Shown: positions 30,813 through 43,894 of the stretch, piece after piece | Layout: every line of letters starts with the position of its first letter | Numbering within the stretch: position 1 is the first letter of the stretch | Assembly: GCF_030013595.1 (NCBI RefSeq) | Contig: NZ_CP122768.1 | Source: Escherichia coli | GTDB taxonomy: Bacteria > Pseudomonadota > Gammaproteobacteria > Enterobacterales > Enterobacteriaceae | Direction: 5' to 3' (one strand) | Length of the DNA: 64,000 bases | Position numbers and translations under genes: made by a program | The notes under the pieces: generated by a model | What the model was told of the DNA's origin: nothing | Databases searched by the model: none | Seen by the model: the letters and a program-made list of their open reading frames with translations, nothing else

Positions 30813-32186
30813 TTAATGGTTGGAGAACCAGTTCAGTTTATCGCGCAGGCCAACAACACGACCAATAATAATTAGCGATGGACTGTTCATTTGCTGCGCC
30901 AGTTCGCCCAGCTGTGTGAGCGTACCGTCAATCACGCGCTGCGTGACTGCTGTTCCGTTTTCGACAATTGCCACCGGCATTTCGCCAGGCATACCGTGTT
31001 CAATCAGCTTTTGCTGAATAGTCGCAGCCTGATTCAGCCCCATATAGAACACCAGCGTTTGTTTTTCTGCCGCCAGGTTTTCCCAGTCCAGCTCGCCACC
31101 AGTTTTTAAGTGTCCGGTAATTAAGCGCACGCTCTGGGCATAATCGCGATGCGTGAGCGGAATACCCGAATAGGCAGAGCAACCAGAAGCTGCGGTAATA
31201 CCCGGAACCACCGAGAACGGAATACCCGCGTTGCACAGTGTTTCCAGCTCTTCTCCGCCACGCCCGAAAATAAACGGATCGCCGCCTTTCAGACGCACCA
31301 CGCGTTTACCTTTTTGCGCTTCCCGCAGCAAGATCTGGTTAATCTCTTCCTGCGGTACGCAGTGGTATCCCGCGCGTTTGCCGACGAAAACGCGATCAGC
31401 ATCGCGGCGTACCAGATTCATAATATCGTCAGAAACCAGACGGTCGTAGACCACCACATCAGCCTGCTGAATTTGTTGCAGACCTTTCAGTGTCAGCAGT
31501 CCGGCATCGCCCGGACCTGCACCAACCAGCACCACTTCACCGCGATGGTCGAGCGGTTCGTTGATTAACTGTTCGGTGGTTTCAGTAATGGCTTTCTGAT
31601 CGTTGTTGGCCAGCGACTGCGCCAGGCGGTCGTTAACGAACAATTTCTCCCAGAAACGGCGACGCTCACCCATCGTGGCGAACTGTTGTTTCACTCGCCC
31701 GCGTAATTGCCCGGCGTATTTCGCTACCTGGCCCAGATGTAACGGCAGCTGTGATTCGAGTTTTTCGCGCAACAGGCGCGCCAGAACCGGAGAGGTGCCG
31801 CCAGAGGATACCGCGACCATGAGCGGTGAGCGGTCAATAATCGACGGCATAATAAAGCTGGCGGCTTTCGGCGCATCGACCACGTTACAGAAGATGCGAC
31901 GAGCTTCAGCGGCTTCACTGACGCGCTGGTTAAGCGCGTCATCATCCGTCGCAGCAATTGCCAGCCAGCAGGTGTCGAGAAGGCTTTCATCAAATGGCCC
32001 TTCGACGAGGGTTAACATGCCTGCATCTGCCCATGCGGTGAACTGTGGAATAAACGCTAATGCATTCACCGTTAAGCGAGCGCCTGCGTCTAACAGCAAC
32101 CTTGCTTTGCGTTCCGCGACATCACCACCGCCGACAATCAGACAGTCGCGATCGCGTAATTGACAAAATATAGGCAAATGATCCAC
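30813..32186 (-). CDS. cysG: siroheme synthase (multifunctional)
   Basis: 457 aa; N-terminal NAD-binding GGGDVA region and C-terminal methyltransferase domain. Confidence 0.95.
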   Translation of the reverse strand: MDHLPIFCQLRDRDCLIVGGGDVAERKARLLLDAGARLTVNALAFIPQFTAWADAGMLTLVEGPFDESLLDTCWLAIAATDDDALNQRVSEAAEARRIFCNVVDAPKAASFIMPSIIDRSPLMVAVSSGGTSPVLARLLREKLESQLPLHLGQVAKYAGQLRGRVKQQFATMGERRRFWEKLFVNDRLAQSLANNDQKAITETTEQLINEPLDHRGEVVLVGAGPGDAGLLTLKGLQQIQQADVVVYDRLVSDDIMNLVRRDADRVFVGKRAGYHCVPQEEINQILLREAQKGKRVVRLKGGDPFIFGRGGEELETLCNAGIPFSVVPGITAASGCSAYSGIPLTHRDYAQSVRLITGHLKTGGELDWENLAAEKQTLVFYMGLNQAATIQQKLIEHGMPGEMPVAIVENGTAVTQRVIDGTLTQLGELAQQMNSPSLIIIGRVVGLRDKLNWFSNH

Positions 32187-32204
32187 GTAAAAACCCCTTA
32201 GTAA

Positions 32205-33011
32205 TTAACCGGCAGCTGTTTCAGTTTGATTAAATTTGTCCGCAACCGGACGATTCGCTTTCGGCGTAGCATACCAATAACCCAATCCCATGAATACGGC
32301 ACCTGATAAAGTATTACCCAGCGTCACCCACAGCAGGTTATGACCAATACCCGCCAGCGTGTAGGCTTCGCTGTGGTTGCCGAACCAGGAGAGGGCGAAC
32401 AGCGTCATGTTAGCGATGGAGTGCTCGTAGCCGGACGCGATAAATGCCAGCAGACACCACCAGATAGCGATAAATTTCGCCGCCCCTTCAGTGCGCAGCG
32501 CCATCCAGATAGCCAGGCAAACCAGCCAGTTACACAATGCACCTTTGAAGAACAGTACCATTGCCGGTGCAGTGGTTTTAGCCAGCGCGACGGAGTGAAC
32601 GATGCTGGTATCTACCGGCAGCAGGCTACCGCCGCCCCAGCTATAGAGCATGGCAACAAAGACGGAACCAACCACGTTACCCAGCCAGGTTTGCGGCAGG
32701 ATTGCCCACATTTGCCCGTGGCTGATAGTGCCCGCTTTCACTCCAAAGGTGAGGAACATGGTGTGTCCGGTGAACAGTTCAGAACCAGCAATAATGACCA
32801 GCGTTAAGGCGATACCAAAGGTCGCGCCCATTACCAGAGGACGTACGGACGGGTCGAGCAAATTACCGAGCGTGAAAATCAGGATGATCCCAAGACCCAC
32901 ATACGCCCCCGCCATTGCGGAGCTGACCCAGAAGCCGAGCGGGTTATTTGCCGACAGGCGTGCAATGCGCGCAGCGTTAGCCGCACACTTATTAATAGTG
33001 TCTGTAAACAT
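32205..33011 (-). CDS. nirC: nitrite transporter NirC (FNT family)
   Basis: 268 aa polytopic membrane protein, between nirD and cysG. Confidence 0.93.
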   Translation of the reverse strand: MFTDTINKCAANAARIARLSANNPLGFWVSSAMAGAYVGLGIILIFTLGNLLDPSVRPLVMGATFGIALTLVIIAGSELFTGHTMFLTFGVKAGTISHGQMWAILPQTWLGNVVGSVFVAMLYSWGGGSLLPVDTSIVHSVALAKTTAPAMVLFFKGALCNWLVCLAIWMALRTEGAAKFIAIWWCLLAFIASGYEHSIANMTLFALSWFGNHSEAYTLAGIGHNLLWVTLGNTLSGAVFMGLGYWYATPKANRPVADKFNQTETAAG

Positions 33012-33136
33012 TTGATTATCCTTTAAAAAATAAAAACAAAAAATAAAACAAAAAGTTTAAAAAATGTCCTGCAATATACCGAAGGTTATTACAGGACCAT
33101 GCAAAAAGGGGAGGCATTGCGCCTCCCGTTAAAACA

Positions 33137-33463
33137 TTAACCGCGCAGCTGTACCACGCCGTCTTTCACTCGCGCTTCGTAATGCTTGACGGAAAACTGT
33201 TCGTCTTCCATGCACAAGCCGTCGCTTAAGCGAAAACGCTGTTTTTTCAGCGGGCTGGCGACCCACAGCTCGCCCTGGTGTTCCGCAATCAGCCCGCGTG
33301 ACAGCACGCTGGACTCGAAGAACGGGTCGATGTTGCTGATCGCAAACACCTGGTCGCTGTGATACGGGCGGAAAATTGCTACCTGCTCGTCACCTAACAG
33401 CGCGCAGACGCCGGTTTCAGGCAGGATGTCATCGATTTTGCAGATGTCTTTCCACTGGCTCAT
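33137..33463 (-). CDS. nirD: nitrite reductase small subunit
   Basis: 108 aa Rieske-like small subunit; overlaps the nirB stop by 4 nt. Confidence 0.93.
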   Translation of the reverse strand: MSQWKDICKIDDILPETGVCALLGDEQVAIFRPYHSDQVFAISNIDPFFESSVLSRGLIAEHQGELWVASPLKKQRFRLSDGLCMEDEQFSVKHYEARVKDGVVQLRG

Positions 33464-36003
33464 GCGTTGTCCTCCACCAGAGTTACCGGGATACGTTCAT
33501 ACGGCGTTGCCGGACGGTGCTGTTCGCGCTCTGGCACCATCTGCACGTTCGGGTCACGCTTGTCGCTGTTGATGAAGTGTTTGAAGCGAGTCTGCGCGGA
33601 TGGTGTATTGACCGTCTCAGTCCACTCACATACTACCGCTTCACGCAGGCGCGCCATCTCTTCTTCCAGATGTGCGTTAAGCCCCAGTTTGTCGTCAATG
33701 ATCACCGCTTTCAGGTAATCGATGCCGCCTTCAAGGTTTTCTAACCACGGCGCGGTACGCGTCAGTTTGTCGGCGGTACGGATGTAGAACATCATGAAGC
33801 GGTCGAGATATTTGATCAGCGTTTCGCGATCGATATCCGCTGCCAGCAGATCCGCATGACGCGGTTTCATGCCGCCGTTACCGCAAACATACAGGTTCCA
33901 GCCTTTTTCAGTGGCGATAATACCCACGTCTTTACCCTGAGCTTCTGAACATTCACGGGTACAGCCGGAGACACCGAACTTCATTTTGTGCGGAGTCCGG
34001 ATGCCTTTGTAGCGGTTTTCCAGTTCCACGCCGAGGCCGACGCTGTCGCCCACGCCGTAGCGGCACCAGGTGCTACCCACGCAGGTTTTCGCCATACGCA
34101 GTGCTTTCGCATAGGCATGACCGGTTTCGAAGCCGGCTTCAATCAGCTGACGCCAGATCTCCGGCAGATCGTCTTTCTGTGCGCCAAACATCGCCAGGCG
34201 CTGGGAGCCGGTGATTTTGGTGTAGAGATTAAATTCACGCGCGATACGACCTACTGCCATCAGCCCTTCCGGGGTGATTTCACCGCCCGGAGAACGCGGG
34301 ATCACCGAGTAGGTGCCGTCTTTCTGGATGTTAGCGAGGAAGTTGTCGTTTGAATCCTGCAGCGGAGTATGTTCCGGCTTCAGAATGTATTCGTTCCAGC
34401 AGGAGGCCAGCAGCGAACCGACGGTCGGTTTACAAACTTCACAACCGTAGCCTTTGCCGTGTTTCGCCAGCAGTTCTTCGAAGGTTTTAATGCCTTCAAC
34501 GCGGATTAAATGGAACAGTTCCTGACGCGAATAAGCAAAGTGTTCGCACAGGTTGTTGTTAACTTCGATGCCCTGTTTCGCCAGTTCCGCGTTCAGTACC
34601 TGAGTGACCAGCGGGATACAGCCACCGCAGCCAGTACCCGCTTTGGTTTCAGCTTTCAGCGCCGCAACGGTGTGGCAGCCTTTGTTGATAGCAGCAATCA
34701 GGTCGCCTTTGGTGACGTCGAAGCAGGAGCAGATTTGCGCGCTGTCCGGCAGTTTATCAACACCGATAGACGGCTTACCGCTACCCGAGTGCGCCGGCAG
34801 AATCAGAGAATCCGGGTTTTCCGGCAGCTCGATAGCGTTCAGCACCAGTTGCAGTAGGTTGCCGTAGTCGCTGGTATCGCCCACCAGTACCGCACCGAGC
34901 AGGGTTTTGTTGTCTTCGCTGACAATCAGGCGTTTGTAGATCTCTTTGCTTTCGTCGAGGTAAACGTAGCTACGTGCGCCAGGCGTGCGACCGTGAGCAT
35001 CACCAATACCGCCTACGTCTACGCCCAGCAGTTTCAGCTTGGCGCTAAGGTCAGCACCTTCAAAGGCGTTTTCGCTGCCAAGAATATGGTCAACGGCGAC
35101 CTGCGCCATTTTGTAGCCTGGTGCTACCAGACCAAATACACGGTTGTTCCAGCTTGCGCATTCACCGATGGCGTAGATATCCGGATCGGAAGTCTGGCAG
35201 GAATCATTTATGACGATACCCCCACGCGGAGCAACGTCCAGACCACACTGGGTTGCCAGCTTATCGCGCGGACGGATACCAGTAGAGAAGACGATAAAGT
35301 CGACTTCCAGTTCGCTGCCGTCGGCAAAACGCATGGTTTTACGCGCTTCGACACCTTCCTGCACAATCTCAAGGGTGTTTTTGCTGGTGTGAACGCGCAC
35401 GCCCATACTTTCGATTTTGCGACGCAGCTGCTCGCCACCCATCTGATCAAGCTGTTCCGCCATCAGCATAGGGGCAAATTCGATAACGTGGGTTTCAATA
35501 CCTAAGTTTTTCAGCGCGCCAGCGGCTTCCAGACCTAACAGGCCGCCACCAACAACGGCACCGCGTTTGCTGCGACGGGCACAGGATTCAATGGCGTTGA
35601 GGTCTTCAATGGTGCGATAGACAAAGCAGTCCTGAGTATCAGAACCTTTGATTGGTGGGATCCACGGGTAGGAACCGGTCGCCATGATCAGCTTGTCATA
35701 AAAAACGGTGCGCCCGGCGCTGGAGTGAATCACCTTCTCCTGACGGTTGATGGTGATAGCGCGTTCGCCGACCAGAACTTTGATGCCGTGTTTCTCGTAG
35801 AAGCCTTCGCGCACCAGCGACAGCTCTTCGGCGGTGTGGTGAGAGAAGTAAGACGAGAGGTGTACGCGGTCATAAGCGATGCGCGGTTCTTCACAGAAAA
35901 CGGTAATATCAAAGTTGGCCGCATCAGATTTATCAAGAAGATCTTCGATAAAGCGATGGCCGACCATACCGTTACCGATAATTGCGAGTCTGACTTTGCT
36001 CAT
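33460..36003 (-). CDS. nirB: NADH-dependent nitrite reductase large subunit
   Basis: 847 aa, MSKVRLAIIGNGMVGHRF... with FAD/NAD-binding and siroheme/Fe-S cysteine motifs. Confidence 0.96.
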   Translation of the reverse strand: MSKVRLAIIGNGMVGHRFIEDLLDKSDAANFDITVFCEEPRIAYDRVHLSSYFSHHTAEELSLVREGFYEKHGIKVLVGERAITINRQEKVIHSSAGRTVFYDKLIMATGSYPWIPPIKGSDTQDCFVYRTIEDLNAIESCARRSKRGAVVGGGLLGLEAAGALKNLGIETHVIEFAPMLMAEQLDQMGGEQLRRKIESMGVRVHTSKNTLEIVQEGVEARKTMRFADGSELEVDFIVFSTGIRPRDKLATQCGLDVAPRGGIVINDSCQTSDPDIYAIGECASWNNRVFGLVAPGYKMAQVAVDHILGSENAFEGADLSAKLKLLGVDVGGIGDAHGRTPGARSYVYLDESKEIYKRLIVSEDNKTLLGAVLVGDTSDYGNLLQLVLNAIELPENPDSLILPAHSGSGKPSIGVDKLPDSAQICSCFDVTKGDLIAAINKGCHTVAALKAETKAGTGCGGCIPLVTQVLNAELAKQGIEVNNNLCEHFAYSRQELFHLIRVEGIKTFEELLAKHGKGYGCEVCKPTVGSLLASCWNEYILKPEHTPLQDSNDNFLANIQKDGTYSVIPRSPGGEITPEGLMAVGRIAREFNLYTKITGSQRLAMFGAQKDDLPEIWRQLIEAGFETGHAYAKALRMAKTCVGSTWCRYGVGDSVGLGVELENRYKGIRTPHKMKFGVSGCTRECSEAQGKDVGIIATEKGWNLYVCGNGGMKPRHADLLAADIDRETLIKYLDRFMMFYIRTADKLTRTAPWLENLEGGIDYLKAVIIDDKLGLNAHLEEEMARLREAVVCEWTETVNTPSAQTRFKHFINSDKRDPNVQMVPEREQHRPATPYERIPVTLVEDNA

Positions 36004-36061
36004 TTTTGCCTCGATTTCTTTTCTATTACCGCCTACCTTAACGATTCAGCAACCCCGCTTA

Positions 36062-36075
36062 TTGATGTAAATCAA
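36062..36075 (-). promoter_or_regulatory. FNR box of the nirB promoter
   Basis: TTGATgtaaATCAA matches the FNR consensus TTGAT-N4-ATCAA exactly, about 65 bp upstream of the nirB ATG. Confidence 0.8.
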
Positions 36076-36085
36076 ATTCACCTTT

Positions 36086-36106
36086 ATATACTCCTTAAGG
36101 GGTGTA
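36086..36106 (-). promoter_or_regulatory. putative NarL/NarP 7-2-7 site of the nirB promoter
   Basis: Imperfect inverted heptamers (TACACCC CT TAAGGAG on the minus strand) centred 28 bp upstream of the FNR box centre, i.e. near -69.5. Confidence 0.45.
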
Positions 36107-36264
36107 TTGCTGATTTGTATAAATTTTCTTAAGTCACGGAATTGTCTGACATTTCATGTTTGTGCAAAAAACAGACAAATTGAACGGGTTTATAGAAATA
36201 GATGCACGTAGCAGGGTAAGAGAGGAAAAGGCCGGACGACGATAGCGCCGCCCGGCATGAGCAA

Positions 36265-37446
36265 TTAATGAGAGGTCAGGGTGTTATGCTGACGGTGACG
36301 GCTGACGAAACCTAACAGGAAGCACATCACAAAGACGACAGCGTACAGACCGTTTGCTGTAAGCAGTGCCGCCTGCGGACCGCTATGTTCAACAATCGGG
36401 CCGGTAACCACAAAGGTCAACATAGTTCCGATGGTCCCGCAGGTCAGGACAAAGTTAACCAGTTTTGGTGACGGTACTTTGGTCTGCTGTGAACCCAGGG
36501 TGATGATGGTGGTATAGATCGCGCTGGAGAAGAAGCCCAGGGCGAGAATTGACCACGCCATATGTGCCGGTGTTCCGGTGTTAAAGACGTACATCAGAAT
36601 CGCAGCCAGACCAGCCAGTACGGTCAGAATGCGCTGCAAATCAAAGAAGCGAAGAATAAAGCTGAACGCCCACATGCCGACCATGTATGACATCCAGAAG
36701 TTACTCACCAGCGTACCAGCATCATTCAGGCTCATGCCCAGGCCTTTGGCATACTCCGGCACCCAGGAGATAAAACCTAACTGACCGAGGATGTAGCACA
36801 GTGCCGCAATGGAGAGAAACAGCACGCCGATCCCCCACTTTTCTTTCTCTACCGGAGCATCCGTTTTTGGTGCATGTTTGCCCAGTGCCGGGAACTCACA
36901 GCCGAAGGTCAGAATAAAAATAGCGACATACACCAGCCCGATGCAGGCATAAACCCAGTACCACTCAATGCTGCGCGCCAGTAGAAACGCGGCGATCATT
37001 GGGAAAATCATCCCAGCCATACTGAAGAAGGAGTCGGTAAATAACAGGCGGGAACCGCGCTGACGCCCTTCATACATTTGTGTTACCAGGAATGTACCAA
37101 TCGACATGGTGATGCCGCTGACCACCCCGAGAATGAACATCGCCGCCGAGAACAGCGCCAGGCTGTGGCTGAACATCAAACCGGCAACCGCCAGCACCAT
37201 CAGGAGAAAGCCAAAACGTAACTGCGTTTTCAACGGGACGATTTCCATCAGCCAGGCGTTGAGGAAGATAGAGATTAAAATGCCGGCGTTGAGGAAGGTG
37301 AAGGTATTACTCATACTGGAAACAGGCAGATTGAAATAATCGGCGATATTTCCCATCACCATCCCGGTTACAATAACCAACGCACCGGTCAGTGCGTAGG
37401 AGAGAAAGCTAATCCATGTGAGCTTGATGCGATTGCTGTTAGTCAT
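36265..37446 (-). CDS. tsgA: MFS transporter TsgA
   Basis: 393 aa, 12-helix-like hydrophobic profile. Confidence 0.9.
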   Translation of the reverse strand: MTNSNRIKLTWISFLSYALTGALVIVTGMVMGNIADYFNLPVSSMSNTFTFLNAGILISIFLNAWLMEIVPLKTQLRFGFLLMVLAVAGLMFSHSLALFSAAMFILGVVSGITMSIGTFLVTQMYEGRQRGSRLLFTDSFFSMAGMIFPMIAAFLLARSIEWYWVYACIGLVYVAIFILTFGCEFPALGKHAPKTDAPVEKEKWGIGVLFLSIAALCYILGQLGFISWVPEYAKGLGMSLNDAGTLVSNFWMSYMVGMWAFSFILRFFDLQRILTVLAGLAAILMYVFNTGTPAHMAWSILALGFFSSAIYTTIITLGSQQTKVPSPKLVNFVLTCGTIGTMLTFVVTGPIVEHSGPQAALLTANGLYAVVFVMCFLLGFVSRHRQHNTLTSH

Positions 37447-37568
37447 GATTGGCCTGCGTTCAAAAATAAAATGGCATAGCGGGTTATGCCGAGAGCGGGC
37501 GATTTTAGGCGATTTTGTGATCTGATTAAATGTTTTATTGCAATCGGTTGCTAAATTGCATTTTAAGA

Positions 37569-37584
37569 GGTGATTTTGATCACA
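37569..37584. promoter_or_regulatory. putative CRP site in the tsgA-ppiA divergent region
   Basis: GGTGAttttgaTCACA, a 15/16 match to the TGTGA-N6-TCACA core. Confidence 0.45.
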
Positions 37585-37707
37585 GAATAAAAAGTGATCG
37601 TCAGGTTACATATATTTCAGATACGTAAAATTAGGTAAAGGGATGGCCTTGTTCTTGAAGGCTATTTAGAATCTCTTCACTTGCTTTTTTTCTGCTCTGT
37701 TTGTTAA

Positions 37708-38289
<582 letters not shown>

Positions 38290-38299
38290 TGATTTCTCG

Positions 38300-38321
38300 C
38301 GCGGGCAATCTTGCCCGCGCT
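38300..38321 (+). terminator. hairpin downstream of ppiA
   Basis: 10-bp stem gcgcgggcaa/ttgcccgcgc with 2-nt loop; weak T tract. Confidence 0.45.
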
Positions 38322-38393
38322 TCTGCTCTCCCGGCGTAACCCGGATTTGCCGCTTATACTTGTGGCAAATGGACACGTTCAGGGAGGCATCAA

Positions 38394-38561
38394 GTGAAGA
38401 AACTCACCGATAAGCAAAAGTCCCGTCTCTGGGAGCTTCAGCGTAATCGTAATTTCCAGGCCAGTCGCCGTCTTGAAGGCGTCGAGATGCCTTTAGTCAC
38501 TCTTACTGCCGCAGAGGCTTTAGCGCGCCTTGAAGAGCTGAGGAGGCACTATGAGCGATAA
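38394..38561 (+). CDS. yhfG: YhfG, small Fic-partner (antitoxin-like) protein, 55 aa, GTG start
   Basis: Hand translation [55 protein letters not shown]; overlaps the fic start by 11 nt. Confidence 0.8.
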   Translation: MKKLTDKQKSRLWELQRNRNFQASRRLEGVEMPLVTLTAAEALARLEELRRHYER

Positions 38562-39153
38562 ATTCGGCGAAGGGCGCGATCCGTATCTTTATCCTGGCCT
38601 TGATATCATGCGTAACCGGCTGAACATCCGCCAGCAACAGCGGCTGGAACAGGCCGCTTACGAAATGACGGCGCTACGTGCTGCGACCATTGAGCTTGGT
38701 CCGCTGGTGCGCGGTTTACCGCATTTGCGCACTATCCATCGCCAGCTGTATCAGGATATTTTCGACTGGGCGGGGCAACTGCGTGAAGTTGATATTTATC
38801 AGGGTGATACGCCGTTCTGCCACTTTGCTTATATCGAAAAAGAGGGCAATGCCCTGATGCAGGATCTGGAGGAAGAAGGTTATCTGGTTGGCCTGGATAA
38901 AGCGAAGTTCGTCGAGCGGCTGGCGCATTACTATTGTGAAATCAACGTGCTGCATCCCTTCCGTGTGGGAAGCGGACTGGCACAGCGGATCTTCTTCGAG
39001 CAGCTGGCGATTCATGCGGGCTACCAACTGAGCTGGCAGGGTATCGAAAAAGAGGCCTGGAATCAGGCAAATCAGAGTGGGGCAATGGGGGATCTCACCG
39101 CGCTGCAGATGATATTTAGCAAAGTGGTAAGCGAAGCCGGGGAATCTGAGTAA
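38551..39153 (+). CDS. fic: Fic-domain protein with degenerate active-site motif
   Basis: 200 aa; Fic motif region [12 protein letters not shown] at residues 135-146. Confidence 0.92.
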   Translation: MSDKFGEGRDPYLYPGLDIMRNRLNIRQQQRLEQAAYEMTALRAATIELGPLVRGLPHLRTIHRQLYQDIFDWAGQLREVDIYQGDTPFCHFAYIEKEGNALMQDLEEEGYLVGLDKAKFVERLAHYYCEINVLHPFRVGSGLAQRIFFEQLAIHAGYQLSWQGIEKEAWNQANQSGAMGDLTALQMIFSKVVSEAGESE

Positions 39154-39184
39154 AATAGCGCGGTTCTTTCGTACCGGAGCCGCC

Positions 39185-39748
39185 ATGATCCTGCTTATAG
39201 ATAACTACGATTCTTTTACCTGGAACCTCTACCAGTACTTTTGTGAACTGGGGGCGGATGTGCTGGTTAAGCGCAACGATGCGTTGACGCTGGCGGATAT
39301 CGACGCCCTTAAACCACAAAAAATTGTCATCTCACCCGGACCCTGTACGCCAGATGAAGCCGGGATCTCCCTTGACGTTATTCGCCACTATGCCGGGTGC
39401 TTGCCGATTCTTGGCGTTTGCCTCGGTCATCAGGCAATGGCGCAGGCATTTGGCGGTAAAGTTGTGCGCGCCGCAAAGGTCATGCACGGCAAAACCTCGC
39501 CGATTACACATAACGGTGAGGGCGTATTTCGGGGGCTGGCAAATCCACTTACCGTGACACGCTACCATTCGCTGGTGGTGGAACCTGACTCATTACCAGC
39601 GTGCTTTGAAGTGACGGCCTGGAGCGAAACCCGCGAGATTATGGGGATTCGCCATCGCCAGTGGGATCTGGAAGGTGTGCAGTTCCACCCGGAAAGTATT
39701 CTCAGCGAACAAGGACATCAACTGCTGGCTAATTTCCTGCATCGCTGA
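39185..39748 (+). CDS. pabA: aminodeoxychorismate synthase glutamine-amidotransferase subunit
   Basis: 187 aa; catalytic Cys in GVCLGHQ; class-I GATase. Confidence 0.95.
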   Translation: MILLIDNYDSFTWNLYQYFCELGADVLVKRNDALTLADIDALKPQKIVISPGPCTPDEAGISLDVIRHYAGCLPILGVCLGHQAMAQAFGGKVVRAAKVMHGKTSPITHNGEGVFRGLANPLTVTRYHSLVVEPDSLPACFEVTAWSETREIMGIRHRQWDLEGVQFHPESILSEQGHQLLANFLHR

Positions 39749-39818
39749 TTTCTGATTGCTATTAAGTGATTTTTTATGCATATTTTGTGATTATAATTTC
39801 ATATTGGTTTATGCGTAA

Positions 39819-41054
<1,236 letters not shown>

Positions 41055-41108
41055 ATAAGACGCATCAGGCAAAAGATGTCGGATGCGGCGTGAACGCTGT
41101 ATCCGATG
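41055..41108. repeat. REP/BIME-like palindromic elements between convergent argD and yhfK
   Basis: tcggatgcggcgtgaacgctgtatccga closely matches the REP core GCCGGATGCGGCGTGAACGCCTTATCCGGCC; adjacent inverted partial copy taagacgcatcaggca. Confidence 0.6.
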
Positions 41109-41120
41109 GTTTAGCCTGCA

Positions 41121-43223
41121 TTACGCCTTCGAATCCCGCAACTTGCGACTCAGCCAAATCCCGTGATGCGGTCTCTGACGCCATGCCATCGACGAAATGG
41201 TGTGCATGGTGTTCAGATGACCAATAACCCGCTGTAAATGCTGCTCCAGCGTACCTGCCGCGCCTTCGTGCGGCTGCATCTCCGGCGCATCCATGATATT
41301 GGCATCGCCGGAACTACCCGGTTCGTCATACTCCAGCCGCTGCTGACAACGCTGAATGGCGATTTCACAAGACTGCAAATATTCTTGCGCCAGTTCAGAT
41401 GGCAATGCCCGGTGTTCCCGTGCCAGCGTGGTCATGGCATTGATATGCTCAACAATAAACTGACTGTGCGTTACCCACAGTTTCATATCTGCCAGATAAT
41501 GGCTGTTGAATGCCGGTTCCTGCATCGCCTGATTCAATGAGTTATACAGAGTGTTATGCGCCTGATTCACCCGCATTCGCTGCCAGGCCAGTGGCGTTGG
41601 TTGCGGGTCCTCACTCAGAATCAAGCGAATCGCTTCCTGATAGGCTTCTAAAGCGTCATGGGCGTTCTTACGCAATAACCCGCTCTGCCACTGCGGCCAC
41701 AGCCAGACAGTACCGCCGAAAGCAATTAAACAACCAATAATGGTATCGATAAGACGTGGAAGGATGTACTGCTCACCGTTCAGCCACAACAGTTGCAGGG
41801 TATACACTGCGGTAATGGTAAAACCGACCGTCGCCCAGCCGTAGTTTTTGCGCAATATCAGGTAGCTGGCGAGGGTGGTAATCAGCATCAAGGTCAGGGT
41901 GTAACCTTCGGGAATTTTAAAGTGCAGCGCCACGCCCGCAATGATTAACCCAACCACGGTTCCCACGGAGCGATTCACAATCCTCAGACGGGTTGCGCCA
42001 TAGCCATTTTGCGTCACCAGCAATACCGTCATCAGGATCCAGTACGACTTCGGCAGATGTAGCGCGGTGCCCATCAGGCTGGCAACGCTTAACATCACAC
42101 TGAGTCGTCCGGCATTGCGTAGCGCCGGAGACTTTAGTGACAGATAACTTTTCAGCGCCGGAAGTAACGGCATTCGCCGCTGTTTATCGGCCAGTAAGTC
42201 ACGGGCATAGAGCGGTTTTTGGGTGCGCAGCACGCGGGCAATGCGGCTGAAGTGCCAATAGCAGAATTGCCCAACCGGATTATCCGGATGCTGGCGGGCG
42301 ATTTTTTCCAGTGCGCCAATTTGCTTTTCCATCGTAAAACGCGTCGGCAGGCGATGGTAAAGAATGTCATCAGCCAGCACGCGCAGGCGAGCGGCGACGG
42401 TTTGCGCATTCCAGCGGATAACTTCTTCTGCATGGCTACGCTCGACCAGCTTTTGCACCTCTTCCGGCTGATGCAAACTGACCGAAATATGTTCCTGCAA
42501 ATCCAGTGCCTCCTGGAAAATACGCAGCATCCGCTTGTAATCGGTATTATTTTGCGCGGAAAGCATATGCATTTGCTGATAGCACTGGGTAATTAAATCG
42601 ACCGCTTTTTGCTGGCGCACCAGCAGCGGCGGCAGCGCTTTTTCAGGGTCGGTGTGCTGGGTAAGCAGGCTGTATTTGGCTTCACAATAATCTGCCAGTT
42701 CACGGTACAGCAGACTTAGTGACTCGCGCAGCGGTTGTTCGCGCCAGATCCAGAACCAAAACCAGTTAAACAATCCGTACCAGAGAGTGCCCAACGCATA
42801 GATGAGCAACGGTTCCCAGACCGGCATGTATCCCGCCAGACTGAGGGTAAAAATGGCGGCGAGCAGCGATGCGGGAAGCAATTTTGCGTGCAATGGCCCC
42901 AGCTCAGCAGTGACGCCAAGTACCAGCGTTAATCCGGTCAGCAAAAAGGGCAGGGGAACATCTTTTGCCAGTAGAAGCTGTGTCAGCAAGCTACAGGTGG
43001 CAAACAGCGACGCACCAATGATTAAGCGTTTGAAAAAACGTTTATGAGGCGTATCAAGGCCCGCAATATTGCAACAGGCAGGAACGAGGGAGAAGAGCAG
43101 ACCGAATCGTAATTCGCCAAGCATTAACCCAACGGCCACGGGCAAACATAGCACCAGCGTTTGTCGAAGTGCATAATTGATATCGGGGTGATAAATCAGT
43201 CTGCGCCACATCGGGGGAAACAA
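41121..43223 (-). CDS. yhfK: inner-membrane protein YhfK (putative efflux/transport family)
   Basis: 700-aa ORF with two hydrophobic blocks separated by a soluble domain. Confidence 0.88.
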   Translation of the reverse strand: MFPPMWRRLIYHPDINYALRQTLVLCLPVAVGLMLGELRFGLLFSLVPACCNIAGLDTPHKRFFKRLIIGASLFATCSLLTQLLLAKDVPLPFLLTGLTLVLGVTAELGPLHAKLLPASLLAAIFTLSLAGYMPVWEPLLIYALGTLWYGLFNWFWFWIWREQPLRESLSLLYRELADYCEAKYSLLTQHTDPEKALPPLLVRQQKAVDLITQCYQQMHMLSAQNNTDYKRMLRIFQEALDLQEHISVSLHQPEEVQKLVERSHAEEVIRWNAQTVAARLRVLADDILYHRLPTRFTMEKQIGALEKIARQHPDNPVGQFCYWHFSRIARVLRTQKPLYARDLLADKQRRMPLLPALKSYLSLKSPALRNAGRLSVMLSVASLMGTALHLPKSYWILMTVLLVTQNGYGATRLRIVNRSVGTVVGLIIAGVALHFKIPEGYTLTLMLITTLASYLILRKNYGWATVGFTITAVYTLQLLWLNGEQYILPRLIDTIIGCLIAFGGTVWLWPQWQSGLLRKNAHDALEAYQEAIRLILSEDPQPTPLAWQRMRVNQAHNTLYNSLNQAMQEPAFNSHYLADMKLWVTHSQFIVEHINAMTTLAREHRALPSELAQEYLQSCEIAIQRCQQRLEYDEPGSSGDANIMDAPEMQPHEGAAGTLEQHLQRVIGHLNTMHTISSMAWRQRPHHGIWLSRKLRDSKA

Positions 43224-43261
43224 AATGGCGCGCTACCAGGTAACGCGCCACTCCGACGGGA

Positions 43262-43894
43262 TTAACGAGTGCCGTAAACGACGATGGTTTTACCGTGTGC
43301 GGAGATCAGGTTCTGATCTTCAAGCATCTTCAGAATGCGTCCCACGGTTTCACGAGAACAGCCGACAATCTGACCGATTTCCTGACGGGTAATTTTGATT
43401 TGCATACCGTCCGGGTGAGTCATAGCATCTGGTTGTTTTGCCAGGTTCAGCAGAGTCTGTGCAATGCGGCCCGTCACGTCGAGGAACGCCAGGTTGCCCA
43501 CTTTCTCTGAAGTGACTTGCAGACGACGCGCCATCTGTGCAGACAGACGCATCAGAATGTCCGGGTTTACCTGAATCAATTGGCGAAATTTTTTGTACGA
43601 AATTTCAGCCACTTCACAGGCGGTTTTCGCACGTACCCATGCGCTACGTTCCTGGCCCTCTTCAAACAGGCCCAGTTCGCCAATAAAATCACCCTGATTC
43701 AGATAGGAGAGGATCATTTCTTTACCCTCTTCGTCTTTGATCAGCACTGCCACAGAGCCTTTAACGATGTAGTACAGCGTTTCCGCTTTTTCACCCTGGT
43801 GAATAAGCGTGCTCTTGGATGGGTACTTATGAATGTGGCAATGAGACAAGAACCATTCGAGAGTCGGGTCTGTTTGCGGTTTGCCAAGCACCAT
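43262..43894 (-). CDS. crp: cAMP receptor protein
   Basis: 210 aa, [50 protein letters not shown]... with C-terminal [14 protein letters not shown]. Confidence 0.98.
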
